Shown here: one piece after another, positions 51,168-59,751 of the stretch
Numbering within the stretch: position 1 is the stretch's first letter
Layout: each line of letters starts with the position of its first letter
NCBI GenBank assembly: GCA_021648085.1
Contig: JAKITS010000001.1
Coordinates: 45,434 to 109,433 of the forward strand
Direction: 5' to 3'
Source: Candidatus Magasanikiibacteriota bacterium
Lineage (GTDB): Bacteria; Patescibacteriota; Patescibacteriia; Magasanikbacterales; UBA922
DNA length: 64,000 nucleotides
Notes under the pieces: model-generated
Seen by the model: the letters and a program-made list of their open reading frames with translations, nothing else
Database searches by the model: none
What the model was told of the DNA's origin: nothing
Position numbers and translations under genes: made by a program

Positions 51168-51876
51168 AAAAGTTTTAGATAAAATTAAAGAAGAAGACTT
51201 AAAACCTATTTCAAAGTCTAGTTTTCTGCTTAAAAATTCTATTTTGTGGATTTTTGGTGGACTTACGATGATTCTTGGAGCAGTTGCTGTTTCTGTGATT
51301 ATTTTCATACTCACAACTCAGGAGTGGAGTATTTACAAACAAATTGGCGACGGGTTTTTTAAGTTTTTCTTTTTGGTAGTTCCATACTTTTGGTTTGTTA
51401 TTTTTACTTTGTTTATTTTTATTACATATTTAAATTACAAACATACAAAGTTTGGCTATCGTCATAGTTTTGGAATGGTTGTGTTGGTATATTTTTTAGC
51501 AACTTTAGTTTTGGGTGGAGTATTTTATTTTGCAAAAGTTGGTGGCAAAATGGAAAATTTATTTAGTCAAAAAGTTCCTTTTTATGAGGTGATGGTGCAA
51601 CACAGGCAAAAAGTCTGGCAGTATCCAGAGCGTGGGCTACTTGGTGGTCGTATAGAAAAAATACTTCCAAATGGTTTTTTACTTTTGGATATTAACAAGG
51701 AAAAATGGATTGTAGATACAAAAGACGCTAAAATTTACAGTATTCAAGAGTTGAAGACTGGAAATGTGGTAGGGATTGTTGGCAAAGAATTATCTAAAAG
51801 TTTATTTAAGGCGGATTCTGTGAGAATAAGAGGTCTAAGAAGGTCAACACTAATTCAACAAAGTGAAAGAAAATAG
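51148..51876 (+). CDS. Putative membrane anti-sigma factor (3 TM + OB-fold-like C-terminus)
   Basis: Overlaps the sigma 3' end; TM helices; GLLGGRIEKI..WIVDT. Confidence 0.6.
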   Translation: MKENLSKKVLDKIKEEDLKPISKSSFLLKNSILWIFGGLTMILGAVAVSVIIFILTTQEWSIYKQIGDGFFKFFFLVVPYFWFVIFTLFIFITYLNYKHTKFGYRHSFGMVVLVYFLATLVLGGVFYFAKVGGKMENLFSQKVPFYEVMVQHRQKVWQYPERGLLGGRIEKILPNGFLLLDINKEKWIVDTKDAKIYSIQELKTGNVVGIVGKELSKSLFKADSVRIRGLRRSTLIQQSERK

Positions 51877-51898
51877 TTTTTTTCTGCGTATTAGTAAG
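51864..51898 (+). promoter_or_regulatory. ECF sigma promoter, target copy
   Basis: TGAAAGAAAA...TGCGTATTAGTAAG. Confidence 0.75.
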
Positions 51899-51953
51899 TA
51901 GAAAGGCTAAAATGTGCGTACAAATTGGCTGTATAATTTACTAAATAATAAAT

Positions 51954-52559
51954 ATGAATAGAAAAACTATTGTTTTGGGAGGTGTTGTTGCTGGAATTAT
52001 TACAATTTTAGGTGTATCTACTGCGAGTGCTCATTTTGGCGGAAACAACCAATCAAATATTTTTCCAGAAAATCGTGAGGAAATTAAGCAAATAATCGAA
52101 TCAAAAGATTATGACGCTTTTAAAACTCATCTAGAAGAAAATGACAGAACTCAAATGCTAGAAAAAATCACAGAAGAAAAATTCAATAAATTCTTGGAAA
52201 TGAGAGAACTTGCGGAATCTGGTGATAAGGATGGCGCTAGAGAAATTAGAGAAGAGTTGAAATTGAAAAAGTTTAGAAAAAATTTCAATAAAGCAAAAAG
52301 ATTTGGATTGCAACACGAAGAAATGAGACAAATAATCGAATCAAGAGATTATGACGCTTTAAAAACTCATCTAGAAGAAAATGACAGAACTCAAATGCTA
52401 GAAAAAATCACAGAAGAAAAATTTGATAAGTTTCTAGAAATGAAAGAGCTTGCTATTTCTGGAGATAGAGAAGGAGCTAAAAAGATTGCAGATGAATTAG
52501 GTTTGGAAAGAGGAATAAGAAATCTTCACAAATCTATGCATAGACAAGTTCAAAAATAA
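51954..52559 (+). CDS. Secreted helical protein with an internal 80-aa duplication
   Basis: Signal peptide ASA-H; QIIES[KR]DYDA..ELA repeated with a 240-bp period. Confidence 0.8.
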   Translation: MNRKTIVLGGVVAGIITILGVSTASAHFGGNNQSNIFPENREEIKQIIESKDYDAFKTHLEENDRTQMLEKITEEKFNKFLEMRELAESGDKDGAREIREELKLKKFRKNFNKAKRFGLQHEEMRQIIESRDYDALKTHLEENDRTQMLEKITEEKFDKFLEMKELAISGDREGAKKIADELGLERGIRNLHKSMHRQVQK

Positions 52560-52622
52560 AACAATTTAATACAAAAAAAAGACCTAATTATAGGTCTTTT
52601 TTTTGTATTAAATTGTTTTATT
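52555..52622. terminator. Long perfect inverted repeat terminator
   Basis: AATAAAACAATTTAATACAAAAAAAAGACCTA / TAGGTCTTTTTTTTGTATTAAATTGTTTTATT. Confidence 0.8.
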
Positions 52623-52693
52623 TTAAAAAGAAAAAAACTAATCATAAAAACAAAATTCTGCAAAGTTCATTAAATAAAAATATGCACAGATAT

Positions 52694-52925
52694 TTGACAC
52701 TTTTTAGTAAGTGTGATAGTGTAAAAATATAATTAAAATTATATGAATTTAGAAAAAAGATATTATATGACAATGCAGTATGCAATTGTATGTAGGTTTA
52801 TGCCTGCTATTTTTGGCTTGCCTTGTTATAATGCTTTGGAATTTCTAGATTAATTAATTTACACAATTCTTCAAGAAAAAGCGTTATGACAAGACAAGTC
52901 ATAACGCTTTTTGATTTGTCTTGGT
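52694..52925 (+). promoter_or_regulatory. Promoter, 36-aa leader ORF (52743-52853) and terminator hairpin (52876-52912): putative attenuator
   Basis: TTGACA-17 bp-TAGTGT; MNLEKRYYMTMQYAIVCRFMPAIFGLPCYNALEFLD*; AAAAAGCGTTATGAC/GTCATAACGCTTTTT. Confidence 0.6.
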
Positions 52926-52960
52926 TCTTTATGAAATAGTCCAACAAAAAGGAGTGGAAA

Positions 52961-54142
52961 ATGAAACGAATTATAAGAGTTTATCTATTTTTATTATTTA
53001 TTTCACATTTTGGAATTGCAATAGTTTTCAGTACCTATGTTATCTTTTTGCAAAGGCATGGTTTAAGTTTATTTGAGGTAAATATAGTAAATATTGTATA
53101 CGCAATCAGTGTATTTTTATTCGAAGTGCCAACTGGAGCAGTTGCAGATTTATATGGTAGAAAAAATTCATTTCTTGTTTCATCTGTATTTATGTTTCTT
53201 GGGTGTTTACTCTATGGGCTTTTTGATTCGATGACTGGATTTATAATTGCAGAGATATTGTTGGCAATTGGATCTACTTGTGCGAGTGGGTCTTTTGAGG
53301 CTTGGGTTGTGGATGAGTTAGAAAAACTTGGATATGGTAATGATTTAAAATCGTTAATGTCTAAATCTGCATCAACAATACATATTGCAATTATTTCTGG
53401 TGTACTATTTGGAGGTTTGCTAGCGGATATTTTGGGGTTAAATATACTTTGGTTTTTGTCTGCTTTGTTCAATCTTATTACATTACTTTTATCTTACTTT
53501 CTAATGAAAGAAACTGTAATGTATAAAAGTGAAACAAAGAATACTTGCTTGCAAATAACAAAAAAAGGTTACAAACAAATAAAAGCAAGTAAATTATTGA
53601 AAGCTGTAATTATTTTAGATTTAATTTTAGTTTTTATAATTCAAGCTCCAAATATGCAATGGCAACCGCTATTTTCTCCTTTACTCGGTGATAGTATGTT
53701 TAGTTTAAGTTTACTATTTATAGCACTTATGGTTAGCGCACTTATTGGGTCAACATTGGTTGGTTTAAGTAAAAAACTTGGCGGAAAGATTAGATTACTC
53801 AAAATGGTTATATTATATGGCTCTTTACTTGTTATTTTTACTGCTCTTTTTCAAGATCTTTATATTATGATAATTGTTTTTTTAGCACATGAATTGTGTA
53901 GGGGTTTGTTTGTGCCTATTAAGTTTGCTCTAATTCATGAAAATGCAGAATCTAAACAGCGTGCAACTGTAGTATCATTGTTTAATATGATAAGAAGTTT
54001 GGGTGGTGCTGTTGGTTTGTTTGTATTTGGTTATCTGACAGTATTTTTCTCTATTCGCACAGTTTGGGTTATTGCAGGATTAAGTGCGTTCATTTTATTG
54101 TTCTTTTATTACCTTTGGGATAAAAATAAAAACACCGTTTAA
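52961..54142 (+). CDS. MFS transporter (efflux-like)
   Basis: FEVPTGAVADLYGRK motif A, SGSFEAW, QRATVVS; ~12 TM. Confidence 0.92.
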   Translation: MKRIIRVYLFLLFISHFGIAIVFSTYVIFLQRHGLSLFEVNIVNIVYAISVFLFEVPTGAVADLYGRKNSFLVSSVFMFLGCLLYGLFDSMTGFIIAEILLAIGSTCASGSFEAWVVDELEKLGYGNDLKSLMSKSASTIHIAIISGVLFGGLLADILGLNILWFLSALFNLITLLLSYFLMKETVMYKSETKNTCLQITKKGYKQIKASKLLKAVIILDLILVFIIQAPNMQWQPLFSPLLGDSMFSLSLLFIALMVSALIGSTLVGLSKKLGGKIRLLKMVILYGSLLVIFTALFQDLYIMIIVFLAHELCRGLFVPIKFALIHENAESKQRATVVSLFNMIRSLGGAVGLFVFGYLTVFFSIRTVWVIAGLSAFILLFFYYLWDKNKNTV

Positions 54143-54233
54143 TTATGGTGTTTTTTTTGTTTTATATTTGGTGTTATTCTCTTGTAATGATATATTAAAA
54201 TAAGTTCTACCTAACTTTGCAAAGTGGTGAAAA

Positions 54234-54551
54234 ATGAGTAGATTAAGAAAGGGAATTGTAAAAGTCAGTACATCTTGGAAAGGTGAGGTTAAGGAAAAGT
54301 ATGGTAAAAGATGTGTAGTCTGTGGTTCTTTAAAGAATATAGAAATTCATCATGTTATAACAAGACGAAATTATCTTGTTAAACGATATATACCAAACGG
54401 AGTTCCTCTTTGTCGTGACCATCATTCTAAAAATTGTAAATCAGCTCACAAAAACCCAAGTTGGTTCAAAGAATTTATAATTGAACGAAGAGGACAGGAA
54501 TGGTGGGATGATTTACATGAAAAGAGTAAAAAACCCAAAGAAGGTGGATAG
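54234..54551 (+). CDS. HNH endonuclease (NinG-like)
   Basis: CVVCG..EIHHVI..NGVPLCRDHH. Confidence 0.85.
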   Translation: MSRLRKGIVKVSTSWKGEVKEKYGKRCVVCGSLKNIEIHHVITRRNYLVKRYIPNGVPLCRDHHSKNCKSAHKNPSWFKEFIIERRGQEWWDDLHEKSKKPKEGG

Positions 54552-54613
54552 TTTTTTTAAGAGGTGTAATTTTATACATCTCTTTTTAAATTTATTTAAT
54601 AAAGAAGTCTAAA

Positions 54614-54783
54614 ATTTAGACTATTTTTTATTTCGCGGACCGGACGCTCAGGCTCTCCCTGTGATATTTTACTATCGTAAAATATCCCTTCTCGTCCCAA
54701 CACGAGCAAAGACTTTTGCTCGCTTCCGTCCCACAAAACAAAAAATAGTCATTTAGACTATTTTTTATTTCGCGGACCGGACG
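54614..54783 (-). repeat. 33-bp direct repeat containing the tRNA-Asp 3' end, enclosing a structured element
   Basis: ATTTAGACTATTTTTTATTTCGCGGACCGGACG at 54614-54646 and 54751-54783. Confidence 0.9.
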
Positions 54784-54846
54784 GGACTCGAACCCGCAAC
54801 TTCCGCCGTGACAGGGCGGTGCTCTAACCAATTGAACTACCGATCC
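54773..54846 (-). tRNA. tRNA-Asp(GTC)
   Basis: Anticodon arm CCGCC-CT-GTC-AC-GGCGG; GGTTCGAGTCC T-loop. Confidence 0.96.
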
Positions 54847-54848
54847 AT

Positions 54849-55009
54849 ATGGGTACAGTTCATAATTCATTTTAGCCCATAATTTATAAAATTTAGCTGC
54901 AAACTATTTTTTCTTAAACACCTTATAAATATAAAGTTTATTAATAAAAAATTGTTTTCGCTTAAATTTTATTGAATTCTAACTAAAAGCAATTGTGAAC
55001 TGTACCTAT
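54849..55009 (-). ncRNA. ~160-nt rod-like hairpin in the tRNA-Asp leader (6S-RNA-like architecture)
   Basis: Terminal stem ATGGGTACAGTTCATAATT/AATTGTGAACTGTACCTAT, inner stems; minus-strand promoter TTGACA-17-TAAAAT at 55054-55026. Confidence 0.4.
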
Positions 55010-55182
55010 TACTATTAACAAGATAATTTTATCAAATTAACAATCTATTGTCAACATATCTCAATAAAAAAGACCTTCGAAGTGTTCGACAACAAACAAG
55101 GGAATGAAGGAGGGGGTATCCCTGCCATTACCGAACACTGCAAAGGTCTTTTTCAAGATGCTAAATAAACTTTTAATAGAGA

Positions 55183-55527
55183 TTACTTTGTAGCTTCCAC
55201 AATGCTTTTGAACACTTCTGGTTTTTTGTCTGCTATTTCAGAAAGCACTTTTCTATCTATCAAGATATTTTTAGTCTTCATTGCTCCAATGAATTTGCTA
55301 TAACTCATATCAAACTCTTTTAAAGCTGCGTTTATACGAATTGTCCACAATCTACGCATTTCTCTTTTTTTGTTTCTTCTGTCGCGGTAAGCATAAGCTC
55401 CAGCTTTTGTATCAGCTGTTTTTGCAAGTTTCAGTAACTTTTTTCTTCCGTATTTAAAACCTTTCACTCTTTTTAGAATGCTTTTTCTTCTTTTTACATG
55501 TTGTGTTCCTCTTTTTACTCTTGACAT
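55183..55527 (-). CDS. rplT: 50S ribosomal protein L20
   Basis: MSRVKRG, AYRDRRNKKREMRRLW. Confidence 0.98.
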   Translation of the reverse strand: MSRVKRGTQHVKRRKSILKRVKGFKYGRKKLLKLAKTADTKAGAYAYRDRRNKKREMRRLWTIRINAALKEFDMSYSKFIGAMKTKNILIDRKVLSEIADKKPEVFKSIVEATK

Positions 55528-55533
55528 ATTAGT

Positions 55534-55746
55534 TTATTTCTTATATGGTACTGCATTCAAAATTGTTTTATGCACTGTACCACTAGAGATAGAATTATCT
55601 TTTCTCTTATTTCTTTTTGTATTTCCACGCTCGCGAGCGTTAAAATGATCTTGTCCGCCAGTACGGCTTATGATCTTTGTTCCTTTTTTAGATTTTTTGA
55701 TTACAAAGCGTTTTGCTGTTGCTTTGTGTGTTTTTAATTTTCCCAT
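55534..55746 (-). CDS. rpmI: 50S ribosomal protein L35
   Basis: MGKLKTHKATAKRF; between infC and rplT. Confidence 0.93.
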   Translation of the reverse strand: MGKLKTHKATAKRFVIKKSKKGTKIISRTGGQDHFNARERGNTKRNKRKDNSISSGTVHKTILNAVPYKK

Positions 55747-55792
55747 ATGCACAAGTTATATCAGATTATTCTTATTAAGTCAAGTTTAGGCT

Positions 55793-56341
55793 TTATTTTT
55801 TATTGATTATTGCACTTACAACATGTCTTTGTTTTTGTGGTTGCTGTTCAAACTTTATATCAACAGTCTCAGATAGTTCTGCAAAAAACTTTTTCAATAT
55901 TTCAAAGGCTAAATGGGCCTTCCCTTTTTCAGCACCTTTTAGTATCACATCAACTTTTACCTTATCACCACGATCTAGAAATTTTTGTGCCTGTTTCTTG
56001 CGAATTTCCATATCGTGTTTACCAATTCTAATAGATAGGCGTATCCCTTTTAGTTCACCAGCACGAGATCTTATTTTTTGTTTTCGTGCTTCTTTTTCTT
56101 TTTGATATTTAAAATGTTTAAAGTCCATCAACTGTGCAACAGGCGGATCTGATTTTGGATTTACCTCTACCAAATCTACATCTGCTTCTCTTGCTTTTTC
56201 CAAAGCTTCACTTAATTTTAAAATGCCAATATATTTTTTGTCTTCATCAAGAAGACGCACTTCTGGTGCGGTGATAAAACTATTTATTTTAAAATGTGGT
56301 AAGACTGGTTTATCCGGTCTTTTTTTTCTAGAAATTCTCAT
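55793..56341 (-). CDS. infC: Translation initiation factor IF-3
   Basis: INSFITAPEVRL, DLVEV..PPVA, HDMEIRKKQA..FL..GDKVKV. Confidence 0.96.
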   Translation of the reverse strand: MRISRKKRPDKPVLPHFKINSFITAPEVRLLDEDKKYIGILKLSEALEKAREADVDLVEVNPKSDPPVAQLMDFKHFKYQKEKEARKQKIRSRAGELKGIRLSIRIGKHDMEIRKKQAQKFLDRGDKVKVDVILKGAEKGKAHLAFEILKKFFAELSETVDIKFEQQPQKQRHVVSAIINKK

Positions 56342-56451
56342 CCTGTTTTTATAATACGTTTCTTAATTTTTTAAAAGTATTTAGTAGGTAGCCTATGTTT
56401 CCTTTTTTACTTAATCGGCATTACTTACTTTGTCTAGTTTGCTTTCTTTTG

Positions 56452-56847
56452 TGGAGATGCTGGGAGTCGAACCCAGGTCTAGAGCGGGTTGCATAAGCGT
56501 TCTACATGTTTAGTTATTTTTGTTTTGAACTATAATTTAATAGAATAACAAAAGCAATTATAGCGTGCTTGTATGCAATTTCAAAACATATCTACAAGTA
56601 AAATATGTTTCTACACTCGATTAAGTTTACACCGCATGATTGCTATCGAGAATCACAGTTGCGATGGTTTCGGCAATTAAGCCAAAACAGATGCGAATGA
56701 AGGAGTAGTAAATGCGTTAGCAAATACATTCTTCACTCTTGATACTACTTTTGCGTTTGTAGATTGTTTTATGGATTTATGAGGTATAAAACACCCTCAA
56801 CATGCCCGTATATACAACTTGGCCGTCTATCGAAGCCTGTCACCCCC
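56452..56847 (-). ncRNA. ssrA: tmRNA
   Basis: 5' GGGGGTG pairs with 3' CATCTCC-A (G3:U70), GGTTCGACTCC T-loop, tag ORF 56754-56677 AKVVSRVKNVFANAFTTPSFASVLA*, adjacent to smpB. Confidence 0.93.
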
Positions 56848-56852
56848 TTAAA

Positions 56853-57302
56853 TTAAAGACTATTTTTTATTATCCTACCCATCTCTCGATCAGCATCTCT
56901 TTTTTTAATAGTCTCTCGTTTATCATAATTTTTCTTTCCTTTGGCTAAGCCTAGTTTAATTTTAATGAAACGACCCTTATTATACAATGAAATGGGCACT
57001 ATTGTCAAGCCTTTTTCCTGTGATTTTCCTCTTAAGTATTCAATTTCTTTTTTTGATAGCAATAGCTTTCTTTGTTGGTTTGGGTCATACTCATCTAATT
57101 TGCCAGCAAATTTGTATGGAGAAATACGCATACTAGAAACAAAAGCATCAGTTTTGATAAAAGATAAGTGAGAACCTTGAAGTTTTGCGCCACCATTTCT
57201 GATAGATTTTACTTCTTGTCCAGACAATACTAAACCAGCCTCGATTTCTTCTAGGATTTCAAAATTAAACCTTGCTTTTTTGTTTGTTGCGTATGTTGGC
57301 AT
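56853..57302 (-). CDS. smpB: SsrA-binding protein
   Basis: NKKARFNF, EAGLVLSGQEVKSIR, KGKKNYDKRETIK. Confidence 0.98.
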   Translation of the reverse strand: MPTYATNKKARFNFEILEEIEAGLVLSGQEVKSIRNGGAKLQGSHLSFIKTDAFVSSMRISPYKFAGKLDEYDPNQQRKLLLSKKEIEYLRGKSQEKGLTIVPISLYNKGRFIKIKLGLAKGKKNYDKRETIKKRDADREMGRIIKNSL

Positions 57303-57404
57303 ATTTCTTTATTTACAGTATAGTCTGTTTGATTCTATTTTACCATAGTTAAATTATAGTCTATAATAGAATAGTTTACTTTATAATTTTTTTCAACTTA
57401 TTTT

Positions 57405-57842
57405 ATGTTTTGGAGAGACAAGGAAAAAGAAACAATTAAATGGTCTGTGTTAGTTTTGGCTGTATTTATTCTAGCTATAGTTTGTGCTGTGGCTTCCCTT
57501 GTATTTTTTTGGATTTATACCTCTACAGAAAGAGAAAATAATATAGAAAATACAATCACTACAATTCCAGAGAAAGTCGTAAATATGCTTAGTGAAAGAG
57601 AGATTAAGGATAATTATATAAAAGAAATTAATAATCTAAAAGTAAGAATTCAAGAGCTAAGTAAAAATAAAGAAGAATTAATGGTAGATGCAGAGTATAT
57701 ATTTCTGAGTGTTTCGGTACCAAACGAGCTAAGAGATTTACACTTAAAGAGGTTTTTAGAATTTAAAGCTTTGGAAGAAGAGAAGGTTGAGGTAAATGAA
57801 TTACGAATAAGATTGAAAGAAATTTTAAATATGGAGTTATGA
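57405..57842 (+). CDS. Single-TM hypothetical protein
   Basis: 145 aa, TM then helical domain (VPNELRDLHL). Confidence 0.7.
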   Translation: MFWRDKEKETIKWSVLVLAVFILAIVCAVASLVFFWIYTSTERENNIENTITTIPEKVVNMLSEREIKDNYIKEINNLKVRIQELSKNKEELMVDAEYIFLSVSVPNELRDLHLKRFLEFKALEEEKVEVNELRIRLKEILNMEL

Positions 57843-58600
57843 TAAGAAAAATATTGCCATTTTTTATGGGAATTTGGAGTAGTTTGAGTATGTATGCAAT
57901 CCAAGTCTATCCAAATGTTTGGTTTGTTTTATTTGTTTTTATTGTTTGGAATACGATTTTGATTTTTGTGTATAAACAGATAAGAAAAAATATAGAAAAT
58001 TCATTTCATTATTCTTTTTTATCTATTACTACTTTTTTCGCATCGTTTAGTTTTATAAGTCTTATGGAGGTAGATTCTATTAGATTGTTCCTTGTCTTTT
58101 TTATAGGTTTTGTAATGTTTATTCTTACACATGCTTTTACATCCAAAAAAGTTTTTTCAACTGTCTCTCAAAAATCACTCCGCAGAGTTATGGTTATGAT
58201 TTGGGTTTTCAATGCTTATTCATTTTTAGCATTATCTTTTGCTTTAAGTATGTTTTTCCCAGGTTTGCCATTTTGGGCAATTACTATTTTTATTGGTTTG
58301 GTTTTTGGTGGTATTTCTACGATAGTTTGGTATCTTTATTATCCAATTCACCCAAAACACTTGATACTTTGGGCTTTAATTATTGTTTTGTTAATTATCG
58401 AACTAGTTTGGGTTTTTCATCTTCTACCTTTTGGTTTTTTTGTATCAGCTTTTTTTGTATCTTGGATTTGGTATATTATCCAGCTTCTTGTTCGTTTTCA
58501 TCTTTCGGCACAGGGAGTGCTTTGGAATAAACAAGTAGTATTTCTTTCTGTAAATGGAGTGTTATTTTTAATTCTACTATTTATAACCCGCTGGGTTTAG
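57839..58600 (+). CDS. Multi-pass membrane protein
   Basis: ~8-9 TM; ELVWVFHLLP motif; overlaps previous stop. Confidence 0.75.
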   Translation: MIRKILPFFMGIWSSLSMYAIQVYPNVWFVLFVFIVWNTILIFVYKQIRKNIENSFHYSFLSITTFFASFSFISLMEVDSIRLFLVFFIGFVMFILTHAFTSKKVFSTVSQKSLRRVMVMIWVFNAYSFLALSFALSMFFPGLPFWAITIFIGLVFGGISTIVWYLYYPIHPKHLILWALIIVLLIIELVWVFHLLPFGFFVSAFFVSWIWYIIQLLVRFHLSAQGVLWNKQVVFLSVNGVLFLILLFITRWV

Positions 58601-58628
58601 AAAAAAATATTTTTAAATTTAAAATAAA

Positions 58629-59690
58629 ATGAATAATAATTCAAAATATAAACCACCTCACCTACCGCAAGACCTTCAAATACCTATGAAAACTCACAAT
58701 AGAGTAGGTTTCTTCCTAATGCTTTTCGTGATTTTATTGTTGTCAGGTCTTAGCGCTGTTGCGACATCTCTTTCTGTTATTGCGTGGCTTTCTCCTCCTA
58801 TTATTTTAGATAAGGTTTTGTTTGTGGATAGTTTGGGCAAAGATATGCAAAACATCAACCCGAATATGTTGCAACAAACCAAACAGAGAACTGTATCTAT
58901 TTATGACTCTAGACAAATGATCGGAATGGAATTTTACAAAGAAGATGCTTTTATTGCAGACAGTATTATAATTAGCTCAGATGGCTGGAGTGCTATATAT
59001 AAGCCAGATTATGTCTCTGGAGAGGAGATTTTTTGGGATGCTATAGATTACCAAGGAGAAAGTCATAAAATAGAAAATTCAGTTTTTGATAAAAATACAG
59101 GAATTCTCTATTTAAATTACGAAGGAAATGGTTTTAGAGTTGTTTCTTTTATGAATTTGGCAGATTTGGATCACATAAAATCTGCTGTTTTGTACAAAAG
59201 AGATGGTTCAAAAAAAATACTTTTAGGAGATAAGTATAAAATAATAGAAAATAAAAACTTTTCTATTTTGGAGTTGCAGTATAGATTCTTAAAAGATTCA
59301 GATTTTTCTGTTAATTCTGTTTTGTTTACAGATGGTGGTGAGTTTTTAGGGTTTGTAGGTTTAGCCGGATTGGTAGAAGGTTGGCAGGTTGAAGTTCAGT
59401 TGTTGAGCTTACTTTCCAAAGGAAGTCTTAGGGAAAATAATTTAGATATCTCTGGATTTATTGTGGAAGAGGTTTTTGATAAGACAAAATGGAAAAAAAT
59501 AGATAGTTTTTATGTTTCAGATATTGGAATCGTATCTAATCAAAATTTTAAAGTTGGGGACTTAATTACAAAAGTTTCTGGTCAACCTGTGGATAAGTTT
59601 AATTTAGCAAGACAAGTTTTACAGACTAGTGTTGGAAGCTCTTTTACTATTTTGAGAAATGGAGGTGAAATTGAAGTGCTATTAAAATAG
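58629..59690 (+). CDS. HtrA/trypsin-like + PDZ protein, apparently catalytically degenerate
   Basis: IIISSDGW without the following TNxHV His; no GNSGG; PDZ-like FKVGDLITKVSGQ..TILRNG. Confidence 0.65.
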   Translation: MNNNSKYKPPHLPQDLQIPMKTHNRVGFFLMLFVILLLSGLSAVATSLSVIAWLSPPIILDKVLFVDSLGKDMQNINPNMLQQTKQRTVSIYDSRQMIGMEFYKEDAFIADSIIISSDGWSAIYKPDYVSGEEIFWDAIDYQGESHKIENSVFDKNTGILYLNYEGNGFRVVSFMNLADLDHIKSAVLYKRDGSKKILLGDKYKIIENKNFSILELQYRFLKDSDFSVNSVLFTDGGEFLGFVGLAGLVEGWQVEVQLLSLLSKGSLRENNLDISGFIVEEVFDKTKWKKIDSFYVSDIGIVSNQNFKVGDLITKVSGQPVDKFNLARQVLQTSVGSSFTILRNGGEIEVLLK

Positions 59691-59751
59691 AAGACAAATT
59701 GTTCGAGATGACAGAATGGGAATCGGAATTCTTTTATGGTATAATATTTTT

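Noticed and set aside
54628-54870. 80-aa minus-strand ORF
   Set aside because: Overlaps tRNA-Asp and its tail element
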